From contig CM059449.1 in the NCBI GenBank assembly GCA_030390025.1, forward strand, positions 14,756,001-14,820,000: a stretch of DNA of 64,000 nucleotides. The letters are read 5' to 3'. Shown here one piece after another: positions 55,963-64,000 of the stretch. Both the position numbers and the translations under genes were made by a program. Positions within the stretch are counted from its first letter, which is position 1, and each line of letters opens with the position of its first letter. Under the pieces are notes generated by a model that did no database searches, had not been told where the DNA came from, and saw only the letters and a list, made by a program, of their open reading frames with translations. This DNA is from Squalus acanthias (taxonomy: Eukaryota).

Positions 55963-56430
55963 GTCAGCTGTGGCTCAGTGGGTAGCACAATCGTCTCTGA
56001 GTCAGAAGGTTGTTGGTTCAAGTCCTACTCCAGGGACTTGAGCGCATAAAATCTAGGTTGACACGCCCAGTGCAGTGCTGAGGCAAGTGCTGCACTGTCA
56101 GAGGTGCCGTCTTTCGGATGAGACATTAAACCGAGGCCCCATCTGCCCCCTGAGGTGGACGTAAAAGATCCCATGGCACTATTTTGAAGAAGAGCAGGGA
56201 AGATCTCCCCAGTGTCCTGGGCCAATATTTATCCCTCAACCAACATAACAAAAACAGTTTATCTGGTGATCATCACATTGCTGTTTGTGGGAGCTTGCTG
56301 TGCACAAATTGGCTGCCGCGTTTCCCACATTCCAACAGTGACTACATTTCAAAAATACTTCATTGGCTGTAAAGCGCTTTGAGATGTCGGTGGTCGTGAA
56401 AGGCGCTATATAAATGTCAGTCTTTTTCAT
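55963..56430 (+). mobile_element. Full-length Deu-domain tRNA-derived SINE (SacSINE1-like)
   Basis: A box TGGCTCAGTGG, B box GGTTCAAGTCC, Deu core GAGGTGCCGTCTTTCGGATGAGAC..AAAGATCCCATGGCAC, L2-like tail aggcgctatataaatg. Family name from memory. Confidence 0.85.
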
Positions 56431-57181
56431 TCAAGACTGCAGTTGGACGGGATTTTCTGACAGTTATGAGCGGGGCCTGGGGGGTGGGGAAATAACGCCC
56501 AGTCAGTGCTGGTCCAACGTGAAACTTCGGACGTAGATTTTGTTGCTTAGCAACGTTTGGTGGAAATTTATTTGGGCGTCGAGAGCAGCTTAGCCCTTAT
56601 TAGCGACGCTGGCAAATCTGACCACTGATACCAACACCACCACTGTAGTTTGTTAGCAACCGATGCAGCACGTAAACTAATGTTTAAAATGGTTTAAGAA
56701 AAGCACTTTGTTTTAAAATGCAAATAAAACTAATACATTTTCAATTGTTTAGGAAAATGAATTATTTTGCAAACATACACTGTCAATCCAGAATTCAGGT
56801 CTCCACTCGCCGGCACTGTCTGAAGCAGGGTTTGAATCCTGCACCTTAAACTCAGAGGTAGGAACGGTGGCACTGGGCCAAAGGCTCGCTCCATATATCG
56901 CAAGTACCTGAGGTCGATGCACAGAACCTTGGAATTGCGGACTGGTTGTCAGAAAGTCACAAATAGCCAATTTGTTTTTATCCCTACATCCCTTCAGAAG
57001 TTAGTTCTAGTTGGTGAGTTCTAAGTTGATAAACATCTGCAGTAATATGTCCACCATATAAAATGTCTACTTTTTATTAAACATTTTCCTCTGAAATTCA
57101 ATTTTTTATTCATACGCCAGATGTGGGCGTCGCTGTCAAGGCCAGCATTTATTGCCCATCCCTAATTGCCCTTGAGAAGGT

Positions 57182-59258
57182 CATAGAGTCACACAGTCAT
57201 AACGGCACAGAAGGAGGCCATTCGGCCCACCGAGTCCGTGCCGGCTCTCTGTAGAGCAATCCAGTCAGTCCCATTCCCTCGCTCTATCCCCGTAGCCCTG
57301 CAACTTTATTTCCCTCAAGTGCCTATCCAGTCTCCCCTTGAAAATATTGAGTGTCTCCGCTTCCACCACTTCTGTCGGCAGTGAGTTCCAGGTTCTCACC
57401 ACTCACTGCGTAGAAAAGTTTTTCCTCACATCCCCCCTGTATCTCTTGCCCAAAACCTTAAATCTGTGTCCCCTAGTCCTTGTACCATCAACTAGTGGGA
57501 ACAGCCTTTCCCCGTCTAGCCTATCCAAACCCGTCACAATTTTGTACACCTCTATCAAATCACCCCTCAATCTCCTTTGCTCTAATGAAAACAATTCCAG
57601 CTTCTCCAACCTGTCCTTGTAGCTAAGATCCCCCATCCCCGGAACCATTCTTGTAAATCTCCTCTGCACCCTCTCAAGGGCCTTCACATCCTTCCTAAAG
57701 TGTGGTGACCAGAACTGGACACAATACTCCAGTTGTGGCCTAACCAGCGCTTTATAAAGGTTCAGCATAACTTCTCTACTTTTGTTCTCAATACCTCTAT
57801 TTATGAAGCCCAAGATCCCACATGCTTTGTTAACAACTCTCTCAATATGTCCTGCCACCTTCAGGGACCTATGCACATTAACTCCCAGTGTATATTAAGT
57901 GTACATTGCCTCTCCCTGTTCCTTCTGCCAAAGTGCATCACCTCACACTTCTCTGTGTTAAATTCCATCTGCCACTTGTCTGCCCATTCTGCTAGCCTTT
58001 CTATGTCCTTTTGCAGTCGATTGGTATCATCATCACTGTTTGCTACACCCCCAAGTTTGGTGTCANNNNNNNNNNNNNNNNNNNNNNNNNNNNNNNNNNN
58101 NNNNNNNNNNNNNNNNNNNNNNNNNNNNNNNNNNNNNNNNNNNNNNNNNNNNNNNNNNNNNNNNNNNNNNNNNNNNNNNNNNNNNNNNNNNNNNNNNNNN
58201 NNNNNNNNNNNNNNNNNNNNNNNNNNNNNNNNNCTATCTCTATCTATCTCTCTATCTCTCTCTCTCTCATATATATATATATCAAAAAAAGCAGTGGCCC
58301 CAGCACTGACCCTTGGGGAACACCACTGCCTACCATCCTTCAGTCTGAAAAACAGTCATTTACCACAACTCGCTGTTTTCTGTCCTTAAGCCAATTACTT
58401 ATCCAAGCTGCCACTGACCCACCTATTCCATGAGCCTCAATTTTGTTAACCAGCCTTCTATGTACTACTTTGTCAAACACCTTCCTAAAATCCATGTAGA
58501 CAACATCCATTGCATTCCCTTCATCAATCCTCCCTGTTACTTCATCAGAATCTTCTCAGTGTCCTACTATTTATTGTGTATTCCCTTGCCTTGTTAGCCC
58601 TCCCCAAATGCATTACCTCACACTTCTCCAGATTGAATTCTATTTGCCACTGTTCTGCCCACCTGACCAGTCCATCGATATCTTCCTGCGGTCTGCAGCT
58701 TTCTTCTTCATTATCAACCACACGGCCAATTTTTGTATCACCTGCAAACTTCTTAATCATACTTCCTACATTCAAGTCCAAATCATTGATATATACCACA
58801 AAAAGCAAAGGACCCAGTACTGAGCCCTGTGGAACCCCACTGGAAACAGCCTTCCAGTCACAAAAACATCCTTCAACCATTACCCTTTGTTTCCTGCCTC
58901 TGAGCCAATTTTGGATCCAACTTGCCACTTTGCCTTGGATCCCATGGGCTTTTACTTTCGTGACCAGTCTGCCATGCAGGACTTTATGAAATGCCTTACT
59001 AGAATCCATATAGACTACATCAAACACACTACCCTCATCGACCCTCCTTGCTACCTCCTCAAAAAATGCAATCAAGTTAGTCAGACACGACCATCCCTTA
59101 ACAAATCCATGCTGACTGTCCCTGATTAATCCGTGTCTTTCTAAATGAAGATTCATCCTGTCCCTCAGAACTTTTTCCAATAATTTTCCCACCACCGAGA
59201 TTAGGCTTACTGGCCTGTAATTACTCGGTCAATCCCTTTCTCCCTTTTAAACAACAGT
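57182..59258 (-). mobile_element. Two joined CR1 RT fragments spanning a gap
   Basis: ORFs 57403-57876 and 58545-59195; RT segment repeated on both sides of ~58550. Confidence 0.88.
58066..58233. other. Assembly gap (N run)
   Basis: N bases. Confidence 1.
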
Positions 59259-60105
59259 ATCACGTTAGCAGTGGAATTGTGGTTAATATTATGGGAAGGG
59301 CGTTGATATATATTTCCCATTCATGGCCCTGTGCTGCTGAATCCCAATTATGTTTCTCAGTCGCCCAAAGGGAATGGCCTTCGGGCTTAATTTGAGACCG
59401 TGAAATTACCCTTGCTCTGAAATTGCCTCGTGGGACACTGCTGTGCAAACAGTTAACATGTTCCGGAAAATCCTCACTGCTATTTTCTCGGAGGTGTTAA
59501 CCCATTACTTTTACTCCGCTTAAATAATAGTGGAAGAAATGTCGGATGAGACGCTTTAATGTGTTGGTATCTCAAGAAATAATTTCATGGCTTCATGCAA
59601 TGTCGGCCTGCGAAAGCTTCAGGCGTTTGGTTAGAATTCCTCTGGCCATTATTGTGAAGACGGAACTAATCCCTGTTAAATATACAAACCAATTTAACTG
59701 TTGCATGAAACTATGACACAGAGCATCGCAAAACCAAATCCCAAATGCTCAAGCAAGTGCGGCGTTCTGATGTTATATTTCAAGGCTGTCCTTTAAACTT
59801 TCAAACCTGCAGCCCGTTGTGTTGAAACGCAATCCCAATTATCAGCGGCCCGTGTTTCCTTTGCTGACCAGTTGCTTGCAAGGGTTGCGATAGAGCCAGA
59901 AAGCTACGTGCAAAGTCTCAGACCTCAAGCAGGACTGACCTCAGTCTCTATACACTTCCACAAACTGCCGGATGCAAGTGTGGAACGTTATGCATAAGGT
60001 GAAAACGAAGGGTTATTGCCTCCACTGCTCTATCGGGAAGACCATTCTAGGTATTAATCACTTTTTGTGTGAAGTACTTCCTGGCAGCCATCCCGACTTG
60101 CCTTT

Positions 60106-62116
60106 TAAGAACATAAGAACAAACTTAATAAGAGCAGGAGTAGGCCATATGGCCCCTCGAGCCTGCTCCGCCATTCAATAAGATCAAGGCTGATCATCGA
60201 CATCAACTCCACTTTCCTGCCCGCTCTCCATATCACTTGATTCCCCTCGAGTCCAAAAATCTATCCATCTCAGCCTTGAATATACTCTAAGACTCAGCAT
60301 TCACAGCCCTCTGGGGCAGAGCATTCCAAAGATTCACAACCCTCTGAGTGAAGAAATTTCTCCTCATCTCAGTCTTAAATGGCCTGCCCCTTATCCCAAG
60401 ACTATGCCCCCGAGTTCTAGACACTCCAGCCAGGGGAAACAACCTCTCAGCATCTACCCTGTCAATCCCCTTCAGAATCTTGTGTGTTTCAATGAGATCA
60501 CCTCTCATTCTTCTAAACTCCAGAGAGTATAAGCACATTCTACACAATCTCTTATCATAGGACAGCCCTCTCATCCCAGGAATCAATCTAGTGAACCTTC
60601 GTTGCACTGCCTCCAAGGCAAGTATATCCTTCCTTAGATAAGGAGACGAAAACTGTGCACAGTACTCCAGGTGTGGTCTCACCAAGGCCCTGTACACTTG
60701 TAGCAAGACTTCCTTACTCTTATACTCCAACCCCCTTGCAATAAAGGCCAACATGCCATTTGCCTTCCTTATTGCTTGCTGTACCTGCATGCTGGCTTTC
60801 TGTGTTTCTTGCACTAGGACACTCAAATCTCTCTGAACACCAACATTTGAAAGTTTCTCACCATTTAAAAATATTCTGTTTTTCTATTCTTCCTACCAAA
60901 GTGAATAACCTCACATTTCCCTACATTTACTCCATCTGCCACCTTACTGCCCACTCACTTAGTCTATCTATATCCCTTTGCAGACTCTTTGGCAAATCAA
61001 AATGAACCTGCAAAGTGCTGCTCAGTACCCAAAACTCCTTCACACAACATTGAATCTCTCCAGAAGTCTCTCCCTCTCTCTCTCAGAATGCGTAGTTCAA
61101 AAATGCCACCAACAATAAAAGACAGGAAGAGGCCCCCTTTAAATAGCGCCCCCCCCAGCCCCACAGCGATTGATAGCGTTCCAGTCTTCTGGTCGTTGGA
61201 AGCGCCAGGCGGTAAGGCAGGGGGCGCCACTCAATTTCCGCTACGGGGCGCCACAAGGGCGTTGCACCATGGAATGACGTCACAATCTGCGCGCGCAGGT
61301 GGTCGCAGCGGTAAGTTTTAGCGCCGCCGCACAATCTCAAGTTAAGTTCTCGAGCGGCGCAAACATCGCTGCGCCCGGGCGTTAGCGGCTATGCGCCCCA
61401 TTAGCGCCCTTGCGCCCCATTAGCGCCCTCTTAAGGAGCTAACGGGAGGCGCAACCAAGTGAATTTTTACCCCTTTGTGTTCTCCTCACAGCTTACTGTC
61501 CCACCTAGCTTTGTATCATCAGCAAACTTGGATACATTACACTCGGTCCCTTCATCTAGGTCATTAATATAGATTGTAAATAGCTGAGGCCCCAACACTG
61601 ATCCTTGCGGCACCCCACTAGTTATAGCCTGCCAACCTGGAAAAGATCCGTTTATCCCTTCTCTCTGTTTTCTGTCCATTAACTAGCCTCTATCCATGCT
61701 ACTAGATTACCCCCTACCCCATGAGCCCTACTCTTGTGTAATAACCTTTTATGTGGCACCTTATCGAATGCCTTTTGGAAATCCAAATATACTACATCCA
61801 ATGGTTCCCCTTTATCTACCCTGCTAGTTACATCCTCAGAAAACTCTAATAAACTTATCAAACACGATTTCCCATTCATAAAACCATGTTGACTCTGCCT
61901 AATCATGTTATGATTTTCTAAGTGACTTGATACCACTTCCTTAACAATGGATTCCAGCATTTTCCCGACGACTGATGTCAGGCTAACTGGCCTGTAGTTC
62001 CCTGTTTTTACTCTCTCTCCTTTCTTGAATAGCGGTGTTACATTTGTGACCTTCCAATCCACTGGGACCATTCCAGAATCTAGGGAATTTTGGAAGATCA
62101 AAACCAATGCATCCAC
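60106..62116 (-). mobile_element. CR1 LINE (same subfamily as 1908-4158) interrupted by a ~480-bp partly GC-rich insert (~60990-61472)
   Basis: ORFs 60287-60826, 61467-61679 and 61679-62137; CR1 sequence stops at ctcttt and resumes at ctttgtgtt. Confidence 0.9.
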
Positions 62117-62155
62117 TTTTATCAGATAGACTAACAATGCCTTGTCCTGCAGTTA

Positions 62156-62523
62156 TAAGAACATAAGAATTAGGAGCAGGAGTCGGCCATTCGGCCCCTC
62201 GAGCCTGCTCCGCCATTCAATAAGATCATGGCTGATCATCGACCTCATCTCCACTTTCCTGCACTATCCCCATATCCCTTGATTCCCTTAATATTCCAAA
62301 TTCTATCGATCTCTGTGTTGAATATACTCAACGACTGAGCATCACAGCCCTCTGAGGTAGAGAATTCCAAAGATTCACCACCCTCTGAGTGAAGAAATTT
62401 CTCCTCATCTCAGTCATAAATGGCCGACCCTTTATCTGAGACTGTGACCCCTGGTTTTAGACTCCCCAGCCAGGGGAAACATCCTCCCTGCATCTACCCT
62501 GTCAATTCCTGTAAGAATTTTGG
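62156..62523 (-). mobile_element. CR1 3' end followed by (GATA)n
   Basis: ataagaacataagaa tail and CR1 3' UTR. Confidence 0.85.
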
Positions 62524-63720
62524 ATGGATGAATGGATAGATAGATAGATAGATAGATAGATCGATCGATCATAGACAGTTTCAGTTGCATGCCTCCATAA
62601 CGTGCAATGACGTATAATGCTGGAGGCTAACAGGCTAAATGGCTTGAAGATCAATGCTGTAATTCCACCAAACTACACGCAACCTTTTCGTCAGCTGTGG
62701 CTGTACGAGGTCTTCATTTTCCTTCACTGAAGTTCAATGTACAATATTGTACTTTCTCTACTTTACTTGTCTGTTTGAAGAGAAGTAAAATACATTCATA
62801 AATATATTATTAGGCAATGTCGACATAGAGCATCGCAAAACCAAATCGCAAATGCTCAAGCAAGTGCAGCGTTCTCATGTTATATTTCAAGGCTGCCCTT
62901 TAAACTTTCAAACCCGCAGCCTGATGTGTTGAAACGGAATCCCAATTATCAGCGGCACTTGTTTTCTTTGCTGGCCGGTTGCTTGCAAGGGTTGTGACAG
63001 AACCAGAAAGGTACGTGCAAAGTCTCAGACTTATGAGCAGTACTGACCTCAGTCTCGATACAGTTCCGCAAACTGCCGGATGCAACTGATGCGAAAACGA
63101 AAGGTTATATATAAAACGCTGCAGACTGAAGGCCGCTGTAGTATTTTAAGAGTGATATTTGTATCCTAACGCATAGCCGACAGGAGGACAGAAAAACCGC
63201 CTTCACGTTAAATAGGTTACTCTGCGAGGCGCTGGGACAGGATTAATTGATCCATTGACGAGGACGTGCTTATGTCAAACACCCTTTATGTCTATAGAGC
63301 ACTGTAGAACTATCCTTCCAATAATACATGATGATATCACTAATAGAGATAAATGCGAAAGTATGAAATGTTGTGACAATACTGTACACATTTTATTAAT
63401 GACAAGTTAATAAGGAAGAGAGCAGTTTCGTTTAACCTTGACTCTTTCCGTGGTAGTACGTTATCTGCAGCGAAATTCAGAAGTGTTCAATTTCCACAAA
63501 TTTTGTTAGTTTCGGATGAGAGTAGGCATTCGGGCCATCGAGCTCTTCACTACTGGAAACCCGCAACGAACTGCCTCATCAATGACTTTATAATTGTTGC
63601 CTCCATTGCTCTATCAGGAAGATCATTGCAGGTATTAATCACTCTTTGTGTGAAGTGCTTCCTGGCAGCCATCCCGACTTGCCTTCTATCAGATGGACTG
63701 ACAATGCCTTGTCCTGCACT

Positions 63721-64000
63721 CATAAGAACATAAGAAATAGGAGCAGGAGTCGGCCATTCGGCCCCTCGAGCCTGCTCCGCCATTCAATAAGATCATGGTT
63801 GATCTTCTACCTCATCTCCACTTTCCTTTTATCCCTTGATTCCCTTAATATTCAAAAATCTATCCATCTCTGTCTTGAATATACTCAACGACTGAGCCTC
63901 CACAGCCCTCTGGGGTAGAGAATTCCAAAGATTCACCACCCTCTGAGTGAAGAAATTTCTCCTCATCTCAGTCCTAAATGGCCGACCCCTTATTCTGAGA
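63721..64000 (-). mobile_element. CR1 3' end (runs off the window)
   Basis: cataagaacataagaaataggagcaggag; paralogous to 62156-62450. Confidence 0.85.

Noticed and set aside
55963-56040. tRNA gene
   Set aside because: The A/B boxes belong to a SINE head that continues into the Deu core and tail.
57733-58433. ORFs containing X runs
   Set aside because: Artefacts of the N gap and antisense CR1 sequence.
62900-63085. Minus-strand 61-aa ORF as an exon of a second gene
   Set aside because: The paralogous copy near 59800-59975 has an in-frame stop, and I saw no clear splice sites or recognisable domain.

Overview
Eukaryotic (vertebrate) genomic DNA. The repeat set (CR1, L2, RTE and Tx1 LINEs, Penelope-like ends, Deu-domain tRNA SINEs, Harbinger-like MITEs) points to a cartilaginous fish; this is an inference. 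Almost all long ORFs in the track are tandem-repeat or LINE artefacts. Reading splice sites by hand gives one + strand, ~41 kb, 17-coding-exon gene (11615-52299) for an NKp30/NCR3-family immunoreceptor. It has one leader exon, four tandem VJ-type Ig V exons (all phase 1-1, each starting with the tail of the signal peptide), one transmembrane exon with an intramembrane Glu, and 11 small cytoplasmic exons. These join in frame into a ~180-aa tail carrying YxxM, two ITIMs and a closely spaced YxxL pair (345 aa with V1, V2 or V3 alone; 687 aa with all four V exons). The main candidate new system is a non-rearranging V-exon cassette, possibly selected by alternative splicing, whose young copies differ almost only by amino-acid-changing substitutions, coupled to a modular signalling tail. 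Also present: a 24-bp minisatellite split by a young CR1, an 8.5-kb 45-bp satellite resembling a SINE head, minimal hammerhead-ribozyme motifs in Penelope-like ends, an older local duplication near the 3' end, and two N gaps. The exon model is unverified by transcripts, and repeat boundaries are approximate.
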